Positions 8,972 through 18,122 of a stretch of 64,000 bases of DNA are shown here, piece after piece. Each line of letters begins with the position of its first letter. Position 1 is the stretch's first letter. The stretch is taken from positions 7,774 through 71,773 of the forward strand of contig PCVW01000010.1 of assembly GCA_002787095.1 (NCBI GenBank), read 5' to 3'. The notes beneath the pieces were generated by a model that had not been told where the DNA came from, searched no databases, and saw only the letters and a list, made by a program, of their open reading frames with translations. A program made the translations under genes and the position numbers. Source of the stretch: Candidatus Omnitrophica bacterium CG11_big_fil_rev_8_21_14_0_20_64_10. GTDB taxonomy: Bacteria; Omnitrophota; Gorgyraeia; 1-14-0-20-64-10.

Positions 8972-9957
8972 TGCGCCAGGGTCTCCGCTTGGGCCGTCAC
9001 GGTTTCCGGGCTCGGATCAAACAGGAGCCGGCAGAGGTCCCCCATCGGCCGCCACCGCTTCAGCAGCCGTTCGTGCGTCTTGGGGGCGACGATGATCGTC
9101 GGGGTCCCGACCGCCGACGCGATGTGGGCCGGACCGCTGTCATTGCTGATTAGGAGCCGGCTTCGCTTGAGCAGGGCCCCCAAGCGCTCCAGGGGGACCT
9201 GCCCCACGCCGTCGATCGTTCCGGGCGGCAGCTCCTTTTCAAGGGATTCCATCCGGGGCCGGTTCTCCGTTCCCCCGATCAAGCAGATCCGTTTTCCCTC
9301 CTGGCTCAGGCGCCGGACGACTTCGCAGAAGGATTCCAGCGGCCAACTCTTTTCAGGATTACTGGTCCAGGGATGGATCGTGATCAGCGGTTCCCCCGGG
9401 TTGATCCCCTGCTGTTGGAGCCAGGACTCAATGCCGGCGGCCGCCGCCGGCGGGACCGGCAGCGGTACGGCCGCCGGCGCCTCCGGAAGCGGCTGAGGCG
9501 ACCCAAGCCCCAGCAGTTGGACCAGCTCCAGGTTGTATCGCGACTCATGGAGCTCCCGCTCCGCCTTGGTGTCCTCCAGGGTCCGATTCAGCAGGAAGCT
9601 CCATTTCCGGTGGTAGCCGATCCGGACCGGGATCCCCGCCAAAAAACAGGCGGCGTGAAAAAGCCGGGTGGGATTCAGCACCACGGCGGCACCGAACCGT
9701 TCCGGACGGAGCCGCTTTCCCCATCGCCACGCGGCGCCGAGGTTGTTCCCTTCATCGGGGGACCAGCCGATCAGCCGGTCGACGCCGGGGTAGCCTTCCA
9801 TCAGAGGGCGCACCGGCTGCTGCAGCAGAAGGGTCAATTCCGCCGCCGGGAAAGCGGCCCGAACCCAGGCCAGAGCCGGCAGGTTCATCAGGAGGTCCCC
9901 GATCCGGTCGGTCCGGATCAACAGGATCCGTTCAGGCGGCGCCGGTTGAGCGGTCAT
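8959..9957 (-). CDS. glycosyltransferase family 9 (heptosyltransferase-like), second copy
   Basis: ILLIRTDRIGDLLMNLPALAWVRAAFP...LISNDSGPAHIASAVGTPTIIVAPK; ATG at 9957-9955. Confidence 0.8.
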   Translation of the reverse strand: MTAQPAPPERILLIRTDRIGDLLMNLPALAWVRAAFPAAELTLLLQQPVRPLMEGYPGVDRLIGWSPDEGNNLGAAWRWGKRLRPERFGAAVVLNPTRLFHAACFLAGIPVRIGYHRKWSFLLNRTLEDTKAERELHESRYNLELVQLLGLGSPQPLPEAPAAVPLPVPPAAAAGIESWLQQQGINPGEPLITIHPWTSNPEKSWPLESFCEVVRRLSQEGKRICLIGGTENRPRMESLEKELPPGTIDGVGQVPLERLGALLKRSRLLISNDSGPAHIASAVGTPTIIVAPKTHERLLKRWRPMGDLCRLLFDPSPETVTAQAETLAQCGS

Positions 9958-11209
9958 GGCGAAGGGTTCGGGCGGTCCCCCAGACGGCGCCGGCCAGCGT
10001 CCAAAAGAGAGCCGACTGCCGCAGGGCGTAGAGTTGTGTGTCGAAGGCGATCTGGACCGCGAAAGCGGTCAAGGCCGCCAACCCGGCGGCCAGATCCACT
10101 CGGATCATCCGGGGGTCGTCGGCGGAAGGGGTTCGGATCGCCCGAATCGCGTGGATCGCGCCGGTGATCCCGAAGACCAGGAAGAGGCTCAACCCCACGA
10201 GCCCCGTCTCGGCGGCGATCTGCAGATAGCAGTTGTGGGCGTAGGCCGGACCGCCGGCGGTTCCCTGCCCGACGAACCGGTCGTAATTCGCCATGAAGGT
10301 GTTGAGCCCCTGTCCCAACAGCGGTTTGTCCAGGAACATCTGCCAGGCGGTCTTGAACCAGATCAACCGTTCGATGGACGAAGCATCCCGGAGCGCGGCC
10401 AGTTTCCCCCAGGCGTCGGTTTGAAAGAACATGTAGCCGTTGGCGGCCAACAGTCCGATCCCGGCCGGAATCCAGAACCGCCACCGCCCCGGTTTCAGAC
10501 ACAGGAGCAGAACGGCCGCCGCGGTTAGGCCGATCATCGAAGCCCGGGAGCGGGTTCCGATGATTGCGATCAGCAGCATCGCGAGCAGCAGGGTGAAGCC
10601 GCTGGAGAAGAGGCGGCCGGTCCAGTGGATCCGGACCAGCGCGATCGCCGCCGCCATCATCAGCAGGGTCGCCAGGTCGTTGGGATTGGTGTAGGGCCCC
10701 ATGAACCGCCCGTAGATCAGCGGTTTTCCAAGGACGGGGTCTGCGATGACGAGGCCGGGGTGCGTATTTCCCCAGACCGCCTGCTGCTGCAGGAAGGAGT
10801 GGAGCAGGACCAGGAGCGTCACCGTGACCAGGGCCCGCAGACAGCGGCGCAGCACGCCGGGCGTTTCGGCGATCCGTCCGGCGATGAAAAAGAAGAAGCC
10901 GTATTCCAATGTTTTTCGGATCCATCCGGCGATGCTCAAGCCCGGATGGGTGCTGAAGAAAACGGTGACGCCGCAGATTGTGAGATAGACGATCAGCCAG
11001 AAGCCGACCGGACGCCCCGGCCCCGGTTCCACCGGGAAGTTTCCCGGTCGGGGAATCCCCCAGCCGATCAGCCAGCAGGCAAGCAGGACGAAGAAGAGGA
11101 TTTCGATCGCCGCATTGGAATAGGGGATGACGAAAAAGAGAAGCGGAAGCGCCGACCGGCCGATGGTTCGGGCCGGCGGCCATCCCGCCCCTCGTTCGGT
11201 TTCGGTCAT
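9932..11209 (-). CDS. O-antigen ligase family (WaaL/Wzy_C) polytopic membrane protein
   Basis: About 12 TM segments and the Wzy_C motif AYAHNCYLQIAAETGLVGL. ATG at 11209-11207 forms an ATGA overlap with the upstream stop. Confidence 0.8.
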   Translation of the reverse strand: MTETERGAGWPPARTIGRSALPLLFFVIPYSNAAIEILFFVLLACWLIGWGIPRPGNFPVEPGPGRPVGFWLIVYLTICGVTVFFSTHPGLSIAGWIRKTLEYGFFFFIAGRIAETPGVLRRCLRALVTVTLLVLLHSFLQQQAVWGNTHPGLVIADPVLGKPLIYGRFMGPYTNPNDLATLLMMAAAIALVRIHWTGRLFSSGFTLLLAMLLIAIIGTRSRASMIGLTAAAVLLLCLKPGRWRFWIPAGIGLLAANGYMFFQTDAWGKLAALRDASSIERLIWFKTAWQMFLDKPLLGQGLNTFMANYDRFVGQGTAGGPAYAHNCYLQIAAETGLVGLSLFLVFGITGAIHAIRAIRTPSADDPRMIRVDLAAGLAALTAFAVQIAFDTQLYALRQSALFWTLAGAVWGTARTLRHDRSTGAA

Positions 11210-13023
11210 GGCGGATCTTGCAGGAAGGCCTGTTCGTCCGGAAGCAGGGTGTTCGCCATTCGCCAAGGGAGGGCATGTTCCTCGCAGGTGATTTGGACAT
11301 GCCGCACCAGATCAGCCGGCGGCCGGCGGATTGCGATCCAAACCTCCTGCACCGACCGTTCATGCAGCAGCCGGCCCAGCATCTGCCGGGGGCCGAGGAT
11401 CCGGACCCCATGGATCTGGCTGCCCCGCTTGGCCGGATCGTCGTCCAGAAATCCGACGATCTTCCTTCGGGATTGGGGCATCTGTTTGACTTGGCGGCTC
11501 AGCATCGCGCCGGTGTCGCCGGCCCCGATCACCAGGATTGCCCGGCTTTGGCCGGTTGAGAGCAAGATCCATTCGTCCAACAGCCGTTCGGTGACGCGGA
11601 CCCCTCCGATGAGGATGAAGAGGAGCAGCGCGTCAATGACGAAGGTCGTCCGGGAATACCCTTCGAACTTCCAGAGCATCAGGACGGCGATGGCCGAAAA
11701 GACCGATCCCAGCAGGACCGCCCGAAGAATGTTGACGAGGTCAGGAATGCCGGTGTAGCGCCAGATCCCCCGGTAGAGGCCGCAAGAAAAGAAGCAGAGC
11801 ATCTTGACGCCGATCACCAGCGGCAGCGTTCGGCCGATCAGCTGCTGTGTTTCAGCGGTCAGGCCCCCCTCGTAACGCAGCAGATGGGCGAACACATAGG
11901 CGGCGCAGATCATCGTGAAGTCAATGCCGACCTCAACGATCCGTCGTTTGTGGAGCAGCATCGTCTGGATCAGGGTCACCCGCTCCTGGGGATGAGGGGT
12001 CCAGCCGGCTGGACCGGTATAGACCCGGACCTTGCCGAGATAGATGCCGAAGATCAGGAACCCGCCAACGGCGAGCAGCCAGACGCCGGCAATGGTCAGC
12101 GGCAGCTGACGGGTCATCGCGACGCTGAGGAGGCCGAATCCAATCGAGATCCCGTAGAGGGTGAAGACCACCTGCCGGGTGGTCAGTCCCAGAATACTCA
12201 TCCGGTGGGAAAGATGGTCGGTCCCCCCCTGGAATGGGGAGCGGCCGTGCGTCATCCGCTGCAGGGTGACGAACAGGGTGTCGAAGATCGGCACCGCCAG
12301 CAGCAGCGACGGCAAGGCCAGGATCCCGACCAGCCGGGTAGATTGCTGCCAGGTGCCGGCCAGCGCCAAGGCTCCCAGCCCCAGTCCCAGCACCTGGCTG
12401 CCGGAGTCCCCCAGGAAGACCTTGGCCGGCGGCAGATTGAACCGGAGAAAGGCGAGCGCGCTGCCCCCAATGGCCGCCGCAATCACCGCCACATCCGCCT
12501 GCCCTACTGCGGCGGCGTGCCAAACACAAAAAAAGGCGGCGATTGCCCCGATCCCCGCCGCCAAACCGTCCATGTTGTCGATCAGATTGAAAGCGTTCAT
12601 CATCAGAATCAACCAGCCGATCGTGACCGGGGTTTCAAGCCACGGAACCGGCAGGGAGACCTGGATGCCGCACAGGGGGACCGCGCAGGCGGCGATGATT
12701 TGGGCGACCAATTTCGCATAGGGACTCAGCCGGCGGATGTCGTCCACCATCCCGATGCCCAGCATCAGGATTCCCGCCAGGGCCAGACCGATCAGGGTCT
12801 TGTCCTGGGGGATCTGTGAAGCGATTGCCGCCAGGAAGCTCAGCGCCAGCGGGACCCCTCCCAGGCGGGCGATCACCCGCCGGCCCCAGCGGTCGTTCGA
12901 GGGGTGGGAAACCCATCCCTGTGCAACGGCCAGGCGGCGGATCAAGGGGGTGCTCAGCAGCATGAAAAGGCCGGCGCCCCCTCCCCAGATCAGAATCGAT
13001 GGAAACATGTCAGTCGGATCCAT
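11206..13023 (-). CDS. WecA/MraY-family polyprenyl-phosphate HexNAc-1-phosphate transferase fused to a WbaP-N-terminal-like TM/Rossmann domain
   Basis: The N-terminal half has the PNPT motifs (MVDDIRRLSP, NAFNLIDNMDGLAAG). The C-terminal ~250 aa have 4 TM helices, then ILVIGAGDTG and KIVGFLDDDPAKRG...GVRILG, which resemble the N-terminal CoA-binding-like region of WbaP-type phosphoglycosyltransferases but without their catalytic domain. ATG at 13023-13021. Confidence 0.75.
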   Translation of the reverse strand: MDPTDMFPSILIWGGGAGLFMLLSTPLIRRLAVAQGWVSHPSNDRWGRRVIARLGGVPLALSFLAAIASQIPQDKTLIGLALAGILMLGIGMVDDIRRLSPYAKLVAQIIAACAVPLCGIQVSLPVPWLETPVTIGWLILMMNAFNLIDNMDGLAAGIGAIAAFFCVWHAAAVGQADVAVIAAAIGGSALAFLRFNLPPAKVFLGDSGSQVLGLGLGALALAGTWQQSTRLVGILALPSLLLAVPIFDTLFVTLQRMTHGRSPFQGGTDHLSHRMSILGLTTRQVVFTLYGISIGFGLLSVAMTRQLPLTIAGVWLLAVGGFLIFGIYLGKVRVYTGPAGWTPHPQERVTLIQTMLLHKRRIVEVGIDFTMICAAYVFAHLLRYEGGLTAETQQLIGRTLPLVIGVKMLCFFSCGLYRGIWRYTGIPDLVNILRAVLLGSVFSAIAVLMLWKFEGYSRTTFVIDALLLFILIGGVRVTERLLDEWILLSTGQSRAILVIGAGDTGAMLSRQVKQMPQSRRKIVGFLDDDPAKRGSQIHGVRILGPRQMLGRLLHERSVQEVWIAIRRPPADLVRHVQITCEEHALPWRMANTLLPDEQAFLQDPP

Positions 13024-13858
13024 TATAGCGTACCCGGCGGGCCTGCAGCCGCTGCACCCACCGGTACCAGTCATAGCATCCGGCGGCTCCCTTTCGGATC
13101 TCCTCGGGGTCGTCTCCCCAGCTGAGGCGGATCCGCTTGAGACAAAGGGGATCGGTTCCAGAAGCGGTTTCCACCCCCCAGACGGTTGTGCAGGCGGTTT
13201 GGAACTTGTGCCGTTCCAAGAGGGTTCGGGTCGCGGGGGTGAAGGTGCCGTAGGTACCGTAGGGATAGGCGAAGTGGACCGGTGGGGTCCCGATCCGCTC
13301 CTGAATGATTTGTCGGGAGCGTTCCAGTTCCCGCTCTGCTTCCTCCAGCGGCAGGTGGCTCAGGGGATGGTGGGCATCGGTGTGGCTGCCGATCGTCCAG
13401 CCCGGTTCGGAAGCGAGACGCCGCAGCTCCGGCCAGGTCATCGGACGGCCCAACGCCGGTCCGGTCCAGGAGAAGGCTGGCCGGCCGATCCAGCCGGTTG
13501 CGACGAACAAGGTGGCTGGGACCCGATGCCGCGCCAGAATGGCCTGGGCATGTTCCAGAACGCCGAGGTAGCCGTCATCAAAGGTGACCGCGACCCAGGG
13601 TCCCCCGTCGGCTCCCCGCCGCAGGAGGTTGACCCCCTGCCCCAGCTCGACCGGCGTCAACCCGGCCGGCCGGAGGAGCGCCAGATGGCTTTCCAGCCGT
13701 TCCGCGGAGATGCTCACCTGCAGTGGATCCTCGACCGGTGCGGCGGTGACCGCGTGGTACATCAGAATGGTCAGGGAGCGGGCCGGGATCTGCCGCAGCC
13801 CGAGCCGGTGCAGCCCGGCCCCGACTGCCTGCCGGATCCGGAGCCGAGCCGGCTTCAT
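13010..13858 (-). CDS. polysaccharide deacetylase (CE4/NodB homology)
   Basis: VAVTFDDGYLGVLEHAQAILARHRVPATLFV, then HTDAHHPL. The start is the internal M (MKPARL...) overlapping the upstream stop; the local numbering is uncertain by 1 nt. Confidence 0.8.
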   Translation of the reverse strand: MKPARLRIRQAVGAGLHRLGLRQIPARSLTILMYHAVTAAPVEDPLQVSISAERLESHLALLRPAGLTPVELGQGVNLLRRGADGGPWVAVTFDDGYLGVLEHAQAILARHRVPATLFVATGWIGRPAFSWTGPALGRPMTWPELRRLASEPGWTIGSHTDAHHPLSHLPLEEAERELERSRQIIQERIGTPPVHFAYPYGTYGTFTPATRTLLERHKFQTACTTVWGVETASGTDPLCLKRIRLSWGDDPEEIRKGAAGCYDWYRWVQRLQARRVRYNGSD

Positions 13859-14685
13859 CCCGGCTTCGTCAGCTCCAGGATTCCCTCCCGGCCCCAACCG
13901 CGCAGCGGTCCGTTCGGAAGGGATAGGTTCGCGATCCGGTCCCACGCCCGGGTCAGCGGCGACAGAGCAGGGATTTGGAATGGAAAGTGGTGGCAATGAA
14001 ATTGGGGCGGTCCCTGCGGAGCCAGTCCCGCCTCCCGGGCCAGCCGGGTGACGCTTGCGGCCGAGAAGAACCGGTTGGGGATGTCGGCCCGGAAGGAGAG
14101 CCGCTGCTCATCGGGGCGGCGGAGCAGTCCGAGCCCGGCGCCCAGAGCGGCCGCGATGCGGACCGATTGAACGGCGGCCCGATGCAGGCTGTTTAAGGGA
14201 GCGCGATTGTTTGGAAAGGTCAGGAGGATTTGTCCGCCCGGGCGGAGGGTCCGGGCCATTTCTCTGATTGCCGGTTGGATGTCCGGCAGGTACTGCAGCA
14301 CCCCGCTGCAGAGAATGGCGTCAAAAACGCTGTCGGAAAACGGCAGTCGGCCGATCTCTCCGACCCCGTGATGGGCCCGGGCCGCGGCGGGATGCCCGGC
14401 AAGGGACTGTCGGCCGAGCCGGATCATCTCGCGGGAAAGGTCCATCGTCCAGCATTCGGCGCCGAGCGCCAGGAGCGCTTCCGTGAAAACGGCCGGACCG
14501 GCCCCGATGTCCAGAACCCGGCCCGGAGGTTGCTTCAATCGTTCGAGGAGAAGCCGGCGCCGTTCCCGGAAGATTTCACCGCGGGCCTCGCCGGTCCGCT
14601 CGTAAGCGGCTTGATAGGGGGCGGCATCCCGGTCGAAATAGGTTTTGACGGTTTGTTCGGCGGACGGCAGCGGGCGGCCGGTCAC
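13855..14685 (-). CDS. class I SAM-dependent methyltransferase (MT2)
   Basis: VLDIGAGPAVF motif I and Methyltransf_11-like spacing. GTG start at 14685-14683 forms a GTGA overlap with the upstream stop. Confidence 0.75.
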   Translation of the reverse strand: MTGRPLPSAEQTVKTYFDRDAAPYQAAYERTGEARGEIFRERRRLLLERLKQPPGRVLDIGAGPAVFTEALLALGAECWTMDLSREMIRLGRQSLAGHPAAARAHHGVGEIGRLPFSDSVFDAILCSGVLQYLPDIQPAIREMARTLRPGGQILLTFPNNRAPLNSLHRAAVQSVRIAAALGAGLGLLRRPDEQRLSFRADIPNRFFSAASVTRLAREAGLAPQGPPQFHCHHFPFQIPALSPLTRAWDRIANLSLPNGPLRGWGREGILELTKPG

Positions 14686-15665
14686 TTCACGGAGATCAGG
14701 TCGGGGGTCTTCTGGGTATAGTCGATCACATCCTGAATGATCGACTTCAAGTCCCGGGTCGGTCGGAATCCGACGAACTCCCGCGCTTTCGTGGTGTCGG
14801 GGACCCGCCGCTGCATGTCTTCAAAACCCTCTTCATAGGCTTCGTCGTAGGGGATGTGCGAGATGCGGGAGCGGCTGCGGGTTTGGGCGATCACCTGCTG
14901 GGCCAGGGATTCGATCGTGACCTCCTCCTGCGAGCCGAGGTTGAAGGCCTGCCCGGCCGCCTTCGGCAGATGGATCAGCTTCATGATTGCCTGCACCGCG
15001 TCTTGCACATGCATGAAACAGCGGGACTGCTTGCCGTCCCCGTAGACGGTCAGCTCGGCTCCCTTGAGGGCCTGTTGGACGAACCGGGGAATGACCATTC
15101 CGTAGGTTCCGGTCTGCCGGGGGCCGACCGTGTTGAACAGGCGGACGATCACCGTGGGCAGCCCTTTCTCCCGCCAGTAGGTGTAGGCCAAGATCTCGTC
15201 GACCGCCTTCGAGGTGGAGTAGGACCACCGGCTCTTCAGAGGGGAGCCCAGGATTCGGTCCTCATCCTCTTTCAGCGGGCCGTGGCTGTTCTTGCCGTAG
15301 ATTTCGGAAGTGGAGGTGATCAGCGTCGGCCGCCGGTAGCGGTTGGCCGCTTCCAGGACAATCTCGGAGCCCCGGATGTTGGTCGTCAGGGATTCGAACG
15401 GCTTCTGAACGATCAGTTCCACCCCGACGGCCGCCGCCAGATGAAAAACCACATCACACCGTTCGACGAATTTGTCGACCAGCCGCTCGTCCAGAATCGA
15501 GCCGACCACCAGCGTGAAGCGGGGGTTTTTCTGAAGCGCTTCGACATTCTGGAGCCGGCCGGTGGAAAGATTGTCCAGGGCCACGACCTCATGTCCCTCC
15601 TGAAGCAGCAACTCTCCGAGATGGGATCCGATGAAGCCGGCCCCGCCTGTGATCAGGGCGCGCAT
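14682..15665 (-). CDS. NAD-dependent nucleotide-sugar epimerase/dehydratase (UDP-hexose 4-epimerase-like SDR)
   Basis: MRALITGGAGFIGSHL and catalytic YSTSK; ATG at 15665-15663. Confidence 0.85.
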   Translation of the reverse strand: MRALITGGAGFIGSHLGELLLQEGHEVVALDNLSTGRLQNVEALQKNPRFTLVVGSILDERLVDKFVERCDVVFHLAAAVGVELIVQKPFESLTTNIRGSEIVLEAANRYRRPTLITSTSEIYGKNSHGPLKEDEDRILGSPLKSRWSYSTSKAVDEILAYTYWREKGLPTVIVRLFNTVGPRQTGTYGMVIPRFVQQALKGAELTVYGDGKQSRCFMHVQDAVQAIMKLIHLPKAAGQAFNLGSQEEVTIESLAQQVIAQTRSRSRISHIPYDEAYEEGFEDMQRRVPDTTKAREFVGFRPTRDLKSIIQDVIDYTQKTPDLISVK

Positions 15666-15678
15666 GAGGGGGATTATA

Positions 15679-16890
15679 TCACAGCGTTTTGGAAAGGAGC
15701 TCCCGATACTGCCCGTCCATCTGGTCGAGCAGCCGGTCCTTCGTGAAACGGGCCCGGGCGTCGGCCCTGCCCTGCCGTCCCATGGTCCGGCGCTTATCGG
15801 GATGCTCCAGCAACTGCCAGAGGGCGTCGGAAAAGTGGAGGATGTCCCCCTTCCTAACGAGGCATCCGTTTTCCCCGTCCTGGATCACATCCCGGACCCC
15901 TCCCACATCCGTTCCGACGACCGGCGTCCCGCAGGCGAGCGCTTCGATCAGCGCGACCGGCGTCCCTTCGTTGAGGGAGGTCAGGACCGCCGCATCCAGA
16001 TCGGGATAAATCCGTTCCAACTGGCGCCGCCAGCCGAGGAATTGGACCGATTCCCCGAGCCCCCAAAGGGCGGCGATCTGTTCCAGGCGCGGCCGCAGCT
16101 CTCCGTCTCCGATCACCAGGAATTGGATCGGGTCTGCTCCCTCAGCCCGGACCCGGCGGTGAATTAGCCGGGCTGCTTCCAGGAACATCTGGTGGTTTTT
16201 GATCGGAACGAGCCGACCGACGATCCCGACGAGCCGGGTCCGGGGGTCCGCCCCCAGTTCCTTTCGGAAGGCGCCGGCATGCATGGCGGAGTCGAAAAAG
16301 GGATCCAGGTCCAGCCCCAGGTGGACGGTGCGGACTTTCTCGGAAGGGACGACCCGGAATCGACGGGTTAGTTCCTCCCGTTGGCTGGCGCTGATCACAT
16401 AGATCCGGTTGGAGAGACGGCCGAGGAACCGTTCGATCCCCAGAAAGAGGGCTGTTTTCCATTTCGGGAAGTAGCTGTGAAAGACATGGCCGTGAAAGGT
16501 GTGGACCCGGATCCGGACGCCGCAGGCGACCGAGATCAGGCGGCCGAGGGTCCCCGCTTTGGCCATGTGGGTGCAGACGATGTCGGGCCGGAAGCTCCGG
16601 AAGGTCCGCCACAGCTTCAGGGCTGCGATTGCGTCGTGCAGCGGATGGATCCGACGGTGCAGCTCCGGGATGTAAACCAGCCGGACGCCGGCCTGCTCGG
16701 CGGCGCTGCGCATGTCTCCCTCTCCCGGCTCGACCGATCCGGTGATCAGCAGGGTTTCATAGCCCCGCTCCCCCATCTCTCTCGACATCAGGATCGCGTG
16801 CAGGGCCGGCCCGCCGATGTTGAGGCGGGTGATCACACGCGCGACCCGAATCTTCCGCCGTTCCTTCGCCGGAGCCGCTGATGCTTTCAC
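15679..16890 (-). CDS. family-4 (GT-B) glycosyltransferase
   Basis: Glycos_transf_1-like C-terminal half (GIVGRLVPIKN...FLVIGDGELR...SLNEGTPVALIEALACGTPVV). GTG start at 16890-16888 in a GTGA overlap. The 346-aa upstream extension of track ORF 15679..17931 is rejected. Confidence 0.8.
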   Translation of the reverse strand: MKASAAPAKERRKIRVARVITRLNIGGPALHAILMSREMGERGYETLLITGSVEPGEGDMRSAAEQAGVRLVYIPELHRRIHPLHDAIAALKLWRTFRSFRPDIVCTHMAKAGTLGRLISVACGVRIRVHTFHGHVFHSYFPKWKTALFLGIERFLGRLSNRIYVISASQREELTRRFRVVPSEKVRTVHLGLDLDPFFDSAMHAGAFRKELGADPRTRLVGIVGRLVPIKNHQMFLEAARLIHRRVRAEGADPIQFLVIGDGELRPRLEQIAALWGLGESVQFLGWRRQLERIYPDLDAAVLTSLNEGTPVALIEALACGTPVVGTDVGGVRDVIQDGENGCLVRKGDILHFSDALWQLLEHPDKRRTMGRQGRADARARFTKDRLLDQMDGQYRELLSKTL

Positions 16891-18122
16891 ATCCACCCGT
16901 TGAAACGGTAGTAGGCGACCGCCAACACCTCGTGCAGCAGCCCCTCGATCTGCTTCCAGCGGGGCGGCCGCTCGGTCGGATAGAAAAGACTCTTCTCGAT
17001 CGGCACCGGGATCCAGTCGATCTCGGGGGTTTGCCGGGAGAAGGTGCCGACGGCCCGGCGCATGTGGTAGGGGGAGCTGACCAGCAGGACCTTGCGAGCC
17101 GGGAGTGTTTCCAGCAGGGCGCCGATTCGCCGGGCCTCTTCCAGGGTATTGCGTCCTTCCGATTCCAGCAGGATATTCCGCTCCGGAACGCCGAGCGACA
17201 GGGCGAGCGCCTTCATGACCTCGGTCTCCTGAAAGCGGTAGCTGTAGCCGGAGGCCAACAGGATCTTCGGGGCCCATCCGGCCTGGTACAGGGCCACTCC
17301 CCGGGCCACCCGCTCTTCGTAACCCTGCCCCGGTCGTCCCGATTCTCCGACACCCCCTGCCAGCACGACGATGGCGTCGGCCGGCTGGGGAGGCGCGGCC
17401 TGCTTCAGCGGCTGCGCGAGCCACCAGACCAGCGGGGTGTGAAAGAGAGCGACATAGACCAGGCCGATGGCGAGGGTCACCCGGAAGATTTTTCGGAGGG
17501 AGCGCAGCCAGTCGGCGGCCCACCGCTTCTCCCAATGGTTTTCCCGTTCCCATTGCAGGATCTCCAACTCCCCCTCGATCAGTTCCGTCAACGTCTCCAG
17601 CGGCTGCTGTTCCGGCGCCCAGGTGCAGACCCGGTTGTGCCGCCCGCTCCAGGCGGCCTGACACGCCGGGGTGTCGGCAATGACCAGGTTCACCCGATCC
17701 AGGAGCCGCAATTCCCCCGGCGCTTCGGCGGGCCGGACCGGTCCGGCCGGTTCCGTCAGTTGTTGCCGCAGGATCAGCCGGCTGGCGATCCCCCGGGCGA
17801 GCGCTTCGGCGGGGCGGCCGGCGCCGAAAAGCCAGAGGATTGGCTGATTGAAGTTCATCAGGTGCATCCACCGGCGGAGGATCGGCAGGAAGGTCGGTTG
17901 GGCCATCGCTCCCGGCACCGGCAGGCGGCACCCGTACAAGCGGGGCTCAATTTGGAAGAATCCCCTGCGGGGTTTTCCCGCCGCGATCGGGCCGGCTGTC
18001 TTCGGGAAAATCAGGAGGAGCCGGTTCCCTGCCCGCGCCAGTCGTCGAACCAGGCGGCCGGTCCGGCTTTCCGGATTCCAGGCGGAGGGGATCCAGCAAA
18101 GGATCGTCTGCTGGGTCAGCAT
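16887..18122 (-). CDS. DUF218/YdcF(ElyC)-family domain protein with N-terminal GT-B-N-domain-like extension
   Basis: C-terminal AIVVLAGGVG...YHMRRA is a DUF218 signature. It is preceded by a TM helix and about 230 aa resembling the N-terminal half of the adjacent GT-B enzyme. ATG at 18122-18120. Confidence 0.55.
   Translation of the reverse strand: MLTQQTILCWIPSAWNPESRTGRLVRRLARAGNRLLLIFPKTAGPIAAGKPRRGFFQIEPRLYGCRLPVPGAMAQPTFLPILRRWMHLMNFNQPILWLFGAGRPAEALARGIASRLILRQQLTEPAGPVRPAEAPGELRLLDRVNLVIADTPACQAAWSGRHNRVCTWAPEQQPLETLTELIEGELEILQWERENHWEKRWAADWLRSLRKIFRVTLAIGLVYVALFHTPLVWWLAQPLKQAAPPQPADAIVVLAGGVGESGRPGQGYEERVARGVALYQAGWAPKILLASGYSYRFQETEVMKALALSLGVPERNILLESEGRNTLEEARRIGALLETLPARKVLLVSSPYHMRRAVGTFSRQTPEIDWIPVPIEKSLFYPTERPPRWKQIEGLLHEVLAVAYYRFNGWM

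Noticed and set aside
647-14000. Canonical arn (L-Ara4N lipid A modification) operon
   Set aside because: UXS-like, DegT, CE4 and ArnC/ArnT-like genes exist but are scattered over more than 60 kb. No ArnA formyltransferase domain or ArnE/F is recognisable, so only the analogy is noted.
15679-17931. Long N-terminal extensions in track ORFs. Examples: 15679..17931, 1719..3467, 4271..6205, 30184..31908, 35738..38062, 41048..43549, 44667..45869, 45623..46927, 48304..49377, 52769..54022, 53542..55923 and 61995..63815.
   Set aside because: The upstream parts overlap the neighbouring real gene in another frame and are compositionally junk. The conserved domain begins at an internal ATG or GTG that overlaps the upstream stop.
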